64,000 bases of DNA from Candidatus Lustribacter sp. (GTDB taxonomy: Bacteria; Vulcanimicrobiota; Vulcanimicrobiia; Vulcanimicrobiales; Vulcanimicrobiaceae). Location of the stretch: the NCBI GenBank assembly GCA_965277805.1, contig OZ255842.1, forward strand, positions 416,001 to 480,000. The letters run 5' to 3'. A program made the translations under genes and the position numbers. Below, in pieces: positions 1-9,894 of the stretch (position 1 is the stretch's first letter; every line of letters starts with the position of its first letter). Under the pieces are notes generated by a model that was not told the DNA's origin, did not search any database, and saw nothing but the letters and a program-made list of their open reading frames with translations.

Positions 1-811
1 GCATATCGCGATGAAGGTTGCGAGCGCACAGCTCGCGAGTTCGCTGATGCTGGCGGCCACCGGCGCGCACGGGCGCGTGACGATTTCCGGCGCGGGCACG
101 GCGCGCGATCACACAGCGAAGATGCTGCCGCACTTCGGCGTTGCGGTACAGCGCGACGGTGACGACATCGTCGTCGAGGGCCCGCAGCGCTTCCGCGCGG
201 CGGATTTCCACGTGCCCGGCGATCCGTCGGCAGCCGCGTTTTGGCTCGCGGCGGCAGCCATCGTGCCCGGCGCGCGCATCGTCGTGGAGAACGTCAACCT
301 CAATCCGACGCGCCTGGGCTTCGTCGACGCGCTCGAACGGATGGGCGCCGGCGTCACGATCACCGTGACCGCGGAAGAACCCGAACCGATGGGCCATATC
401 GAGGTGAGCGCGCGCCCGCTGCGCGCGATCGCGATCGAGGAGCCCGAAGTTCCGGCGATTCTCGACGAGTTGCCGCTGCTCGGCATCGTGGCCGCCTACG
501 CGACCGGCACGACGACCGTGCGCGGCGCGCGCGAGCTGCGCGTGAAGGAGAGCGATCGCATCGCAGTGCTCGTCAAGGGCCTGCGTGCGCTCGGCGGTTC
601 GATCGCCGAACTCGACGACGGCTTCGATGTGACCGGTGGGGCGCCGCTGCACGGCGCGACGGTCGAGAGCGGTGGCGATCATCGTTTGGCGATGGCCTTC
701 GCGATCGCGGCCCTAGGCGCGAACGCGCCGGTAACGATTGAGGATTCCGGCTGCGTCGCGATCTCGCATCCGTCGTTCTTCGCAGATTTGGCGGCAGTAT
801 GTCGGGGCTAG
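1..811 (+). CDS. aroA: 3-phosphoshikimate 1-carboxyvinyltransferase (EPSP synthase), 5' end outside window
   Basis: ASAQ, VPGDPS, ELRVKESDRI and DHRLAMA motifs; frame open to the window edge; heads the shikimate cluster. Confidence 0.95.
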   Translation, partial: HIAMKVASAQLASSLMLAATGAHGRVTISGAGTARDHTAKMLPHFGVAVQRDGDDIVVEGPQRFRAADFHVPGDPSAAAFWLAAAAIVPGARIVVENVNLNPTRLGFVDALERMGAGVTITVTAEEPEPMGHIEVSARPLRAIAIEEPEVPAILDELPLLGIVAAYATGTTTVRGARELRVKESDRIAVLVKGLRALGGSIAELDDGFDVTGGAPLHGATVESGGDHRLAMAFAIAALGANAPVTIEDSGCVAISHPSFFADLAAVCRG

Positions 812-1641
812 TGCCGGCCGTTTCCGCGGGTCCGTGGACGAAACGCTTCGCCGTAGTCGGTCAGCCGATCGCACACTCGCGCTCGCCCGAAATTTTCGCC
901 GCGCTCTCGCGCCAGTCGGGTATCCCGCTCTCGTACGAGCGCCTCGAACTGACGCCGGACGATTTCGCCTTCGCGTTTTCGGAAGCGCGCGAAAACTTCG
1001 ACGGCTGGAACGTTACGGCGCCGCACAAAGAACGCGTGCTGGCCAAGGCCGACGTTGTGAGCGATGACGCGCGCTTGGTTGGTGCAGCGAACGTGGTCAC
1101 CTTTCGCGATGGCGAGGCCTACGCGGCGAACACCGACGTCGGCGGCGTCATCTCGCTCTTGCGCAAGAGCAACATCGATCCGGCCGGTAGCGTCGTGACG
1201 CTGCTCGGCGCCGGCGGCGCAGCGCGCGCGACGATCGTTGCGCTCGTGCAGATGGGCGCGAAACGGATCGTGGTCTCGAATCGCACGCTCGAACGCGTCC
1301 GGGCGCTGGTCGACGATTTGCGCGTCGCTGCCGGAACGACCGAACTCGCGATCGGCGACCCGGTAGCATCGCAGCTCGTGATCAACGCGACCAGCAACGG
1401 CGCGGCCGTCGCCGATGCCGTAAGTGCGTGCGTGCCCGGCGGCTGGTGCGTGGATCTGCAGTACCGTCCCGCCGATACGCCGTTCGTGCTGGCCGCGCGC
1501 GCTGCCGGCCGCAACGCTGTCAGCGGCGCGCACATGCTGGTCGCGCAAGCGATCGCGACGTTCTATCTCTGGTACGGCGACGACGTGCGTTTCGGACGCG
1601 CCGCCGAGGCCGAACTCACTGCTCTCGTGGAGGCTCCCTAG
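799..1641 (+). CDS. aroE: Shikimate dehydrogenase
   Basis: GQPIAHSRSP, NVTAPHK, NTD, GAGGAARA and NRT motifs. Confidence 0.93.
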   Translation: MSGLVPAVSAGPWTKRFAVVGQPIAHSRSPEIFAALSRQSGIPLSYERLELTPDDFAFAFSEARENFDGWNVTAPHKERVLAKADVVSDDARLVGAANVVTFRDGEAYAANTDVGGVISLLRKSNIDPAGSVVTLLGAGGAARATIVALVQMGAKRIVVSNRTLERVRALVDDLRVAAGTTELAIGDPVASQLVINATSNGAAVADAVSACVPGGWCVDLQYRPADTPFVLAARAAGRNAVSGAHMLVAQAIATFYLWYGDDVRFGRAAEAELTALVEAP

Positions 1642-1644
1642 ATC

Positions 1645-2817
1645 ATGTCGCGGTTGCGATATCTCACCGCCGGTGAATCCCACGGTCCCGCGCTGACCGG
1701 GATCATGGAAGGGTTGCCCGCCGGTTTGCCGATCACGGTCGAAGAGATCCATACCGACGGCCGGCGGCGCATGATGGGCTACGGCCGCGGCAACCGCATG
1801 AAGATCGAGACCGACGAGGTGAAGATTCTCGCCGGCGTGCGCCGCGGCGAAACGCTGGGCAGCCCGGTCTCGCTCTACATCGAGAACCGCGATCACCAGA
1901 AGTGGCTCGAGATCATGACCGCGGAACCGCGCGAGGGCGAGGCGGCGCGCGCGGTCTACATTCCGCGGCCGGGTCATACCGACCGCGTCGGCGGTTTGAA
2001 GTACGACCGCGCCGACATGCGCGACATCCTCGAGCGCGCCAGCGCGCGCGAAACGGCGATGCGCGTGGCGCTCGGCGCGCTGGCGCGCAAGTTGCTGAGC
2101 GAACTCGGCGTCTCGATCGCGAGCCGCGTCGTGCGCATCGGCGAGGTGGTCGACGAAACGCCGCTCGACGCCGACATCGCGACGCTCAACGCCCGCGTCG
2201 ACCAATCACCCGTGCGCGTGCTCGATAGCGGCGCGGCGGAACGTATCATGAAAAACATCGATGCATCGAAGGAAGCCGGCGACACGCTCGGCGGCGTGTT
2301 CGAAGTCGTGGCCGGCGGCGTGCCGATCGGCCTTGGGTCGCACGCTCAATGGGATCGCCGTCTCGACGGCCGCGTCGGCGAAGCGTTCCTCGCGCTCAAC
2401 GCGATGAAGGGCGTCGAATTGGGCCTCGGTTTCCGCGGTTCCGCGCTGCCCGGTTCGGCCGTGCACGATTCGTATTTTCCCGGCGAGAACGGGACGCTCA
2501 CGCGTTACGGCAGCAACCGCGCAGGCGGGATCGAGGGCGGCATCAGCACCGGTCAGCCGATCGTCGTGCGCGTCGCAATGAAGCCGATCTCGACGCTGAT
2601 GAAACCGTTGCCGTCGGTCGATCTGCGCACGGGCGAAGCGACCAATGCCTACATCGAGCGTAGCGACGTGTGCGCCGTGCCGGCCGCGGCAGTGATCGGC
2701 GAATCGCTGCTCGCGCTCGTACTGGCCGACGCCCTGCTCGAGACCTTTCCCGGCGACACAATGAATTTGCTGCGTGACTATGTCGGCGCGTGGCGGGAGC
2801 GCATTCATGCCCGTTGA
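1645..2817 (+). CDS. aroC: Chorismate synthase
   Basis: TAGESHG, PRPGH, ERASARET, GGIEGGISTG, MKPIST and ERSD motifs. Confidence 0.97.
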   Translation: MSRLRYLTAGESHGPALTGIMEGLPAGLPITVEEIHTDGRRRMMGYGRGNRMKIETDEVKILAGVRRGETLGSPVSLYIENRDHQKWLEIMTAEPREGEAARAVYIPRPGHTDRVGGLKYDRADMRDILERASARETAMRVALGALARKLLSELGVSIASRVVRIGEVVDETPLDADIATLNARVDQSPVRVLDSGAAERIMKNIDASKEAGDTLGGVFEVVAGGVPIGLGSHAQWDRRLDGRVGEAFLALNAMKGVELGLGFRGSALPGSAVHDSYFPGENGTLTRYGSNRAGGIEGGISTGQPIVVRVAMKPISTLMKPLPSVDLRTGEATNAYIERSDVCAVPAAAVIGESLLALVLADALLETFPGDTMNLLRDYVGAWRERIHAR

Positions 2818-3343
2818 TCCCAACCAGCACATCCTATTCTGCGGCACCGCCGGTTCGGGGAAGACGACGGTCGGCGCGCTCGTCGCGCGCGCGCTCGGGC
2901 GTGAGTTCGTCGACATCGATCGGATGGTCGAGCGCGCGACCGGCCGCAGCGTGCAAGCGATCTTCGCCAAAGAGGGTGAAGCGGCGTTCCGCGCGCACGA
3001 GCGGGCGGCGGTCGTCCGCGCGCTCGGAGCCGCCAAACCGGGTGTGATCTCTCTCGGCGGCGGCGCGCTCGAAAACGATGAAACGTTCGCCGACGCGCGG
3101 CGCCACACGCTGGTCTGGCTCAAGGCGACGGTTACGACGCTCGCCTCGCGCCTCTCGGGCAACGGCGAGCGTCCGCTCTTGGCCGGCGATCCGCTGGCGA
3201 AGCTGCACGAACTTGCGGCCGCGCGCGAGCCGCGCTATCGTCAAGCGCACGTGATCGTCGATGCGTCGCTCGCGCCCAAGGGCGTTGCGGCCTCGGTACT
3301 GGAAGCGCTGCGCGCGAACGAACTCGTCGGTGACCGCGCGTGA
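2807..3343 (+). CDS. aroK: Shikimate kinase
   Basis: Walker A GTAGSGKTT, EGEAAFR, SLGGG, RPLL; ATG 2807 overlaps the aroC end. Confidence 0.92.
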   Translation: MPVDPNQHILFCGTAGSGKTTVGALVARALGREFVDIDRMVERATGRSVQAIFAKEGEAAFRAHERAAVVRALGAAKPGVISLGGGALENDETFADARRHTLVWLKATVTTLASRLSGNGERPLLAGDPLAKLHELAAAREPRYRQAHVIVDASLAPKGVAASVLEALRANELVGDRA

Positions 3344-4422
3344 TCTCAAACGAAGTGCAGCGCATCCGCGTCGAGCTCGGCGACGAGCGTTCGTACGACG
3401 TCGTCATCGGCGCAGGCGCGATCGACGAAATCACCGCGATTGACGCCCGCACCGTGGTCGTGCTCTACGACATCGCGGTGGAACCGCTGGCGCAACAAGT
3501 GCTCACGGCCTTCGGCTCGCGCGTGCTGCTGACGCGCGGTTTGGTCGGCGGCGAAGACGTGAAAACACTGGAAATGGCGGGCGAACTCTACGACTGGCTC
3601 GCTGAAGTTCACGTCGATCGTGAGACCGTGCTGATCGCCATCGGCGGCGGTACCGTCACCGATCTCGGCGGATTCATCGCCGCGACGTACTTACGCGGCC
3701 TGCGCTGGTGCGCCGTACCGACCACGCTATTGGCCGCGGTCGATGCGGCCGTGGGCGGCAAGACCGCGATCAACCTCGGCGCGGGGAAGAACCTCGTCGG
3801 CGTGTTCCATCATCCCTCGCTCGTCGCGATCGAACCGGAGGCGTTCACCACGCTCGATCCGCGCGATATCGCGGCCGGCATGGGCGAAGCGCTGAAGACC
3901 GCGCTCGTCGCCGATCCCGAACTGTTTGAGTTCCTCGAACGCGAGATGCCGCGCGCGCTGGCCGCAGATCCCGCCGTGCTCGCAACGACGGTCGCGCACT
4001 GCGTCGCGGCGAAGGCGCGCGTCGTTGCCGGTGACGAGCGCGAGACCGACGATAGCGGCGCCGGCGGCCGGGCGATCCTGAACTTCGGCCACACGGTCGG
4101 GCACGCGCTCGAGAAGACGTGCGGCTACGGCGCGCTACGTCACGGCGAAGCGATCGTGCTCGGCATGCGCGCCGCACTCGCGCTCTCGCGCGAACGCGGT
4201 CTCGCACCGGCGCAAGCCGAACGCATCACGGCCCTGGTCAACGCAATCCCGGCGCCGCATCCGGATGCCGCGCCGGATGCGATCATCAAGGCGACCGCGT
4301 CGGACAAGAAACGCAAGGCGGGCAAGGTTCGCTTCATCCTGATCCGCGACGTCGCCGATCCCTACATCGTCGACGACGTGACCGAGGAGTCGGTGCGCGC
4401 GGCGTTGACCGCGATCGCATGA
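3340..4422 (+). CDS. aroB: 3-dehydroquinate synthase
   Basis: GGGTVTDLGGF, PTTLLAAVDAAVGGKTAIN, LNFGHTVGHALE, HGEAI. Confidence 0.96.
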   Translation: MISNEVQRIRVELGDERSYDVVIGAGAIDEITAIDARTVVVLYDIAVEPLAQQVLTAFGSRVLLTRGLVGGEDVKTLEMAGELYDWLAEVHVDRETVLIAIGGGTVTDLGGFIAATYLRGLRWCAVPTTLLAAVDAAVGGKTAINLGAGKNLVGVFHHPSLVAIEPEAFTTLDPRDIAAGMGEALKTALVADPELFEFLEREMPRALAADPAVLATTVAHCVAAKARVVAGDERETDDSGAGGRAILNFGHTVGHALEKTCGYGALRHGEAIVLGMRAALALSRERGLAPAQAERITALVNAIPAPHPDAAPDAIIKATASDKKRKAGKVRFILIRDVADPYIVDDVTEESVRAALTAIA

Positions 4423-4847
4423 CGATCCTCGTCGTTCACGGGCCGAACCTCAACTTGCTCGGCGAACGCGAACCCGGCGTCTACGGCACGCTCACGCTCG
4501 ACGAACTGAACGCGAAGATTCGCGAACACGGCCGCGCCAAAGGCTGCGAGATCCGCACGTACCAGTCCAACCACGAAGGACGCCTGCTCGACGCACTCCA
4601 GCGCGCGCGCCGCTGGGCGAGCGGCATCGTCATCAACCCCGGCGCATACGGCCACACGTCGTACGCGTTGCGCGACTGCATCGCCGGCATCAACACCCCT
4701 ACGGTCGAAGTCCACCTCAGCGACGTCGAAGCCCGCGAACCGTTCCGCAAAATCTCCACCATCGCCGACGTCTGCATCGCCAAAATCAGCGGCCTCGGCC
4801 CCCAATCCTACCTAAATGCCATCGACCTACTACTATCGCGTTTATAA
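4419..4847 (+). CDS. aroQ: Type II 3-dehydroquinate dehydratase
   Basis: HGPNLNLLGEREP, QSNHEG, INPGAYGHTS, EVHLS; ATGA overlap with aroB. Confidence 0.96.
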   Translation: MTILVVHGPNLNLLGEREPGVYGTLTLDELNAKIREHGRAKGCEIRTYQSNHEGRLLDALQRARRWASGIVINPGAYGHTSYALRDCIAGINTPTVEVHLSDVEAREPFRKISTIADVCIAKISGLGPQSYLNAIDLLLSRL

Positions 4848-5177
4848 TTTGAGACGCGTCGTAATCACGAGCTCGAGCAGCTCCTTCGAGATCGGGCGAT
4901 CGAGGGGCACTTGGATCGCTCCTTTCGAGACGGTATAATCGCTGAGCTCGTCTTTCAACTGCGGTATAACCTTGCCGCTGTAGGGATACAGGCCGATGTG
5001 ATTCGCGTGCGCGTCGAAGCCGAGAAACGCTTTGCCCTCGTATGTGAGCGTCGGCATCTTGTACGAGATCGTCTCTTCGGCTTCGGGCACGATCTCTTTG
5101 GCAAGCGCGCGAATGCGCTCCAGCTCTTTTCGCTTTGACGGTTCGACGTTCTTGAGATAGTCGTCAATCAGGCTCAT
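4842..5177 (-). CDS. YdhG/DUF1801-family small protein
   Basis: IDDYL...EETISYKMPT...HIGLYP pattern; SD-like GGAGG upstream. Confidence 0.8.
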   Translation of the reverse strand: MSLIDDYLKNVEPSKRKELERIRALAKEIVPEAEETISYKMPTLTYEGKAFLGFDAHANHIGLYPYSGKVIPQLKDELSDYTVSKGAIQVPLDRPISKELLELVITTRLKL

Positions 5178-5236
5178 CGCGAACCTCCCGCCTCGACGTC
5201 TTATCCGAGCGCCTGCGCGTTCCCGCCGAGCGCCAG

Positions 5237-6007
5237 CTACGACGTGATGGGAAGATCGACCGTGAACGTGGCGGCATAGCCGCTCATGGAGCCCGTTAGC
5301 GTGAGGAGGGTCGCGCCTTTGGTTTGCCGGCTGTAGACGCGATCGAGGGCGTTGGTCGTCGAGTTTATGCCCTCGTCATCGTAGGGGCTCACCGACGTGC
5401 TCAGCGTGTCGATCACGGTTTGCGAGAAGAAGAGCTGCGTCGTGTTCGTGTCGTCCGATGTGGACGACGCCTCGCTGTATGACGAGCGCACGCGGAGGTG
5501 GATGTGGGTCGTACGTCCGGAGTACCAGCCCGGAAGGATCGTCGTGAACGTAACGCTGCCTGCGGCGTTCGTGATCTGATACCCGCGTAGCCATTGCTGA
5601 CCGGTCGTTGCTTCGACCGATTCGTTGGAGTAGACGCCCGCGGCGTTGCAGTGCCAGATGTCGAGCTGTGCCCCGGCCAGCGCCGCACAACCGTTTTCGC
5701 CGTCCCGCACGATTACGGTGAGCGTGAGCGGGATGCCCGATTGGGCTTGCGACCCGTCGAGGTTCGCCAGGATGTTGCTGCGGTTGTAGCCCGTCGCGGA
5801 ATCGTCGGTGAAGTAGGGACCGATCTCACCTTCCGGCGTCACCGCGCAGGTTGTGCTCGTGGTCGTGGTCGTCGATGTCGCGGCCGCGGTTGCCGCTGCC
5901 GTTGCCGTGGATGGCGTGGCGGCACTCCCGCCGCCGCCGCAACGGGCGGCCAGAACGCCGCCACCGGCAACGCTCAAATACTTCAACATCGTCTTGCGGC
6001 TGATCAT
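5237..6007 (-). CDS. Exported intradiol ring-cleavage dioxygenase-like protein
   Basis: GPYF, DIWHCNAAGVYS, LRGYQIT, PGWYSGRTTHIH, TTQLFF; Tat/lipoprotein-like N-terminus (SRK..LK..AARC) and Thr-rich linker. Confidence 0.85.
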   Translation of the reverse strand: MISRKTMLKYLSVAGGGVLAARCGGGGSAATPSTATAAATAAATSTTTTTSTTCAVTPEGEIGPYFTDDSATGYNRSNILANLDGSQAQSGIPLTLTVIVRDGENGCAALAGAQLDIWHCNAAGVYSNESVEATTGQQWLRGYQITNAAGSVTFTTILPGWYSGRTTHIHLRVRSSYSEASSTSDDTNTTQLFFSQTVIDTLSTSVSPYDDEGINSTTNALDRVYSRQTKGATLLTLTGSMSGYAATFTVDLPITS

Positions 6008-6037
6008 GAAGTCAGCTTGCGTCTTCTAGCTGAACGA

Positions 6038-6118
6038 AATCTGGAGCGCGATTGAGATGCGCTTGGGAAACATCCGTCTCGGGATGACAGGGGCGGGGAA
6101 TCTTGGAGGCGATTGAGA
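6038..6118 (+). promoter_or_regulatory. Two 20-bp direct repeats in a divergent intergenic region (candidate regulator boxes)
   Basis: AATCTGGAGCGCGATTGAGA (6038-6057) and AATCTTGGAGGCGATTGAGA (6099-6118). Confidence 0.5.
6078..6089 (+). repeat. REP-like element half site CTCGGGATGACA
   Basis: Identical to 59116-59127. Confidence 0.5.
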
Positions 6119-6163
6119 GTTTCTCGAAGCGGTCTCTCAGGCGGGAAAGCGAAAATAGGGGTC

Positions 6164-6856
6164 GTGGCAGAGCAGCAGCGGCCTCGCGTTGCGGTGGTCG
6201 ACGACGAAGCGCATTTGCGCGAAGTGCTCGAGATCGGTCTCGCGCAAGAGGGCTTCGAGGTTCGGTCGGCTCCCGACGGTGCGGCGGGCTTGACGCTCGT
6301 CCGCGACTGGGAGCCGGAGTGCATCGTGCTCGACGTCATGATGCCGAAGATCGACGGCCTTGCGGTGATCCCGATGATCCGGCGGCTGACGCAAGTGCCG
6401 ATCATCATGCTGACCGCGCGCGGCGACGTGCGCGATCGCATCGACGGCTTGCAGGCCGGCGCCGATGACTACGTGAGCAAGCCGTTCGACCTCGGCGAAC
6501 TTGCGGCGCGGCTGAAGAGCGCGCTGCGCCGGCCGATGCTCAAGCGCGTCAACAACCTGCGGTATGCGGATCTCGAACTCGATCTCGACGCGCGCAGCGC
6601 CAAGCGCGGCGAACGCTGGATCTCGTTCTCGACGCGCGAGTTCGATCTGGTCGCGACGCTGCTGCGCTACCCGCAGCGCGTGTTCACGCGCGAGGAACTG
6701 CTCGATCTCGTCTGGGGCATCGACCGCGACGTCACGCGCAACACGGTCGAAACCTATATCTCGTACGTGCGCGCGAAAGTCGACACCGAGAACGAACCCC
6801 GGCTTCTGCATACGATTCGCGGCGTGGGGTATTCGATTCGTAGCGAAACGCATTGA
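6164..6856 (+). CDS. OmpR/MprA-like response regulator
   Basis: VVDDE, LDVMMP, GADDYVSKPF, winged helix ending HTIRGVGY; GTG start inferred. Confidence 0.93.
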   Translation: MAEQQRPRVAVVDDEAHLREVLEIGLAQEGFEVRSAPDGAAGLTLVRDWEPECIVLDVMMPKIDGLAVIPMIRRLTQVPIIMLTARGDVRDRIDGLQAGADDYVSKPFDLGELAARLKSALRRPMLKRVNNLRYADLELDLDARSAKRGERWISFSTREFDLVATLLRYPQRVFTREELLDLVWGIDRDVTRNTVETYISYVRAKVDTENEPRLLHTIRGVGYSIRSETH

Positions 6857-8271
6857 CCGCGCTGCGGCGGCGCCTGACGTTCTCGTACACCGTGCTCGTC
6901 GGGGGCATCATCGCAATCGTCGCGATCGCGCTGGCCGTCTTCGCCGCCGATCGCGTCACGCGCTCGGCCGGCGATGCCATCATGGCTGCGGCGAGTGAAG
7001 CGCGCGAGATCGTCGCCAACGAGCCGTCGATCGCGCCGGCGGCATTGGCCTCACGCGTGCGAGCACTCGTCAATCGCAGCGACATCGAGGTCTTCGTTCT
7101 GCGACCGCGCAGCCGCGGAGCGCGTTTCGACGGCGGCCCGCCCGGCGGCATCGGCGGTCCCGGTCCTGGTCCCGGCTTCGGCGCAGGCCCGCCGCCGGGA
7201 AACGGGGCGCCGCCCGGCTTCGGCGGCCTTCCCTATCGCTCGCCATGGTGGCCGTCAAACGTGCGGCCGGAATTCGTGCCGGCGGGCGGCGCGCAACTCG
7301 CGATCCGTCCCAACGGCCCGCTGCTCGACGCGCGGGTCCGCGAAATCTTCGGCCTGCTCGCGCTCGTGCTCGTGGCGGCCTTCGTGCTCGCCTGGCTCAT
7401 CGCGCGCTGGATCGCGGGCCAAGCCGTCGCGCCGCTCGTCGCGGTCACGGCGGAGCTGCGCCGCTTCGCCTCGGGCGATTTCACGCCGAACGCCGTTCCG
7501 TTCGGGCGTTTCTCCGACGTCGGCGAACTGATCACCGCGTACAACGGCGCGGGTGCACAAGTTGCCGCGGCGTTCGCCGCAGCAGAGCGCGGTGAAGCGA
7601 GTATGCGGCGCTTTCTCGCGGATGCCGGACACGAATTGCGCACGCCGCTGTCGGTCGTGACCGCGTATATCGACATCTTGCGTAAAGGCGGCGCCGACGA
7701 TCCGGACATGCGCGCGCAAGCGTTCAGCACGCTCGCGAGCGAGACGCTGCGCATGCGCCGGCTCGTCGACCGGCTTGTCGCGCTCGCGCGGCTCGAACAG
7801 CCGGAGACGACGCAGCCGGTAGTGCTCGACCTTGGTGCGCTCGCCCGCGATGCGGTCGAGGCGATCGTGGCCGCGCGTGGCGGCGACGTTTCGTGCGAGG
7901 TGGAGTCCGGCACGTACGTGCGCGCCGATCCGGCCGACTTGCACGAAGCGATCGCCAACCTCGTCGACAACGCGCTCAAATACGGCGTCGGGTCGCTCGT
8001 GCGCGTGATGGTCGAGCACGAGCGCGACACGGTCGTCGTGCGCGTGAGCGACTGCGGCCCCGGCATCGAGCCGCCCGATCGCGAGAAGATCTTCGAGCGC
8101 TTCTATCGCGCCGCGGGCCACGCGGACATCTCCGGCTCGGGTCTGGGCCTCGCGATCGCGGCGCGCGCGGCCAAGCGAGCCGGCGGCGACCTGACGCTCG
8201 AACGCTCGGAACCCGGCGAAACGGTCTTCGCCGTGCGCCTGCCCCTGCACGTCGTCGCAAGCGTCAGCTGA
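6853..8271 (+). CDS. HAMP-containing sensor histidine kinase
   Basis: Two TM helices, Gly/Pro-rich loop, H-box DAGHELRTPL, N-box NLVDNALKY, G-box GSGLGL. Confidence 0.93.
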   Translation: MTALRRRLTFSYTVLVGGIIAIVAIALAVFAADRVTRSAGDAIMAAASEAREIVANEPSIAPAALASRVRALVNRSDIEVFVLRPRSRGARFDGGPPGGIGGPGPGPGFGAGPPPGNGAPPGFGGLPYRSPWWPSNVRPEFVPAGGAQLAIRPNGPLLDARVREIFGLLALVLVAAFVLAWLIARWIAGQAVAPLVAVTAELRRFASGDFTPNAVPFGRFSDVGELITAYNGAGAQVAAAFAAAERGEASMRRFLADAGHELRTPLSVVTAYIDILRKGGADDPDMRAQAFSTLASETLRMRRLVDRLVALARLEQPETTQPVVLDLGALARDAVEAIVAARGGDVSCEVESGTYVRADPADLHEAIANLVDNALKYGVGSLVRVMVEHERDTVVVRVSDCGPGIEPPDREKIFERFYRAAGHADISGSGLGLAIAARAAKRAGGDLTLERSEPGETVFAVRLPLHVVASVS

Positions 8272-8314
8272 GGCCGCAAATCCCAGGCGCGGAAATGCGT
8301 TATACTAGGTGACC

Positions 8315-8839
8315 ATGGCCTATCTCCGCGAGATCGTCACCGAGGGTCACCCGACCTTGCGCAAGGTTGCAAAGCGGGTGAACGTGGGTGAGATTGCCGA
8401 CCCGATCTTCCAACAGCTCATCGACGACATGTTCGAGACGATGTATGCTGCCCCGGGGATCGGCTTGGCTGCGCCGCAAGTTAATGTAAGCAAGCGTATT
8501 TTCACCGTCGACCTTCAGGACGACGACCCGGAACACGGGCCGCTGGTGCTTATCAATCCGAAGTTCACGCTGACCGAAGGCGAGATCGAGGCGACCGAAG
8601 GCTGCCTCTCCGTGCCCGGAATGGTCGGCGAGATGACCCGCTTCGAGCACGTCGTCTGTCACGCGCTCGACCGGCACGGGAAGAAGATCGAACTCGACGC
8701 CGTGGGCTGGTTTGCGCGTTGCCTGCAGCACGAGATGGACCATCTCGACGGTGTGCTCTACATCGACAAGGCGCAGAACCTTCGTCCCGCCGTGACGGAC
8801 GAGGAGCAAGCGGAAGCCGAAGCGGCGTTAACGCGCTGA
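8315..8839 (+). CDS. def: Peptide deformylase
   Basis: GIGLAAPQ, EGCLS, QHEMDHLDG; TATACT -10-like hexamer at 8301-8306. Confidence 0.96.
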   Translation: MAYLREIVTEGHPTLRKVAKRVNVGEIADPIFQQLIDDMFETMYAAPGIGLAAPQVNVSKRIFTVDLQDDDPEHGPLVLINPKFTLTEGEIEATEGCLSVPGMVGEMTRFEHVVCHALDRHGKKIELDAVGWFARCLQHEMDHLDGVLYIDKAQNLRPAVTDEEQAEAEAALTR

Positions 8840-9894
8840 AGGCTGTATTTTTCGGAACCAGCACGTTTGCGGTTCCGGCACTCCAGCGACTGGCCGCGCT
8901 CGCCGATGTGGTCGCGGTCGTCACGCAGCCCGATCGTCCGGCCGGGCGCGGTCAGCAACTCACGCCCACGCCGGTGAAGGTCGCGGCGCAAGCGCTCGGC
9001 CTCACCGTGCTGACGCCCGAAAAGCTGCGCCCGTTCGCGACCGAACTCGCCCGGCTCGCGCCCGACCGCTGCGTCGTCGCGTCGTACGGGCGCATCGTGC
9101 CGCAGGCCTTGCTTGACGTCGTGCCGTTGTGGCTGAACATTCATCCCTCGATGCTTCCGCTCTACCGCGGCGCAACGCCGATTCAATCGGCAATTCGCGA
9201 CGGACGGAGCGTGACCGCGGTATCGATCATCGCGATGGATGCCGGTATGGATACGGGCGACTTGCTCGCGCAGACGGAGCCGCTCGCGATCGGCGCCGAC
9301 GAAACGTACGGCGAACTGCACGACCGGCTGGCCGATATCGGCGCCGAACTGCTCGCCGACGTGCTCGCGGCCGATGCGCGCGGCGAACTCTATCCAAACC
9401 GCCAGTCGCAGCGGGCGGGCGACCTCGGCCTCAGCGATGAGGAAATCGCGAGCACGGCGACGCGGCCGTTCGGCAAAGAAGATCGCGTGCTGCCGCCGTA
9501 TGCGACGGCGCGTGAGGCGATCGATCGCATCCGCTCGCTGGCACCGAGTCCGGGCGCGCAACTGATCGGCGGCCTGCGTCCGTCGATCGGCGAAACGCCG
9601 CTGCCGGCTTTCAAGATTTTGCGCGCGCACAAGAGCACGAAATCGCCGCTCGCCGATGGCCGCGACGTGCCGGCCGGGACGGTCGTTGCGCATCGCGGGT
9701 TTCTCTACGTGCGCGCCAACGACGCGTGGATCGTCGTCGACGAAGTCCTGCCGGCCGGCAAGAGCGCGATGCCGATCGAAGCGTTCGCCAACGGACGGCG
9801 TATCGATAACGTGTACGTGCCCGAAGACGACGTGGTCGACGGTCTCGGTGCGTTGCGCTTCCGCGAACGTACCGGCGAGCTGCTCGCGCGATGA
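8836..9894 (+). CDS. fmt: Methionyl-tRNA formyltransferase, probable CTG start
   Basis: FFGT..FAVPAL, TQPDRPAGRG, NIHPSMLPLYRGATPI, MDAGMDTGD; CTGA overlap with the def stop. Confidence 0.92.
   Translation: MKAVFFGTSTFAVPALQRLAALADVVAVVTQPDRPAGRGQQLTPTPVKVAAQALGLTVLTPEKLRPFATELARLAPDRCVVASYGRIVPQALLDVVPLWLNIHPSMLPLYRGATPIQSAIRDGRSVTAVSIIAMDAGMDTGDLLAQTEPLAIGADETYGELHDRLADIGAELLADVLAADARGELYPNRQSQRAGDLGLSDEEIASTATRPFGKEDRVLPPYATAREAIDRIRSLAPSPGAQLIGGLRPSIGETPLPAFKILRAHKSTKSPLADGRDVPAGTVVAHRGFLYVRANDAWIVVDEVLPAGKSAMPIEAFANGRRIDNVYVPEDDVVDGLGALRFRERTGELLAR

Noticed and set aside
7130-7230. GGPPGG/GPGPGPG repeats in the histidine kinase
   Set aside because: Low-complexity coding loop, not a DNA repeat array
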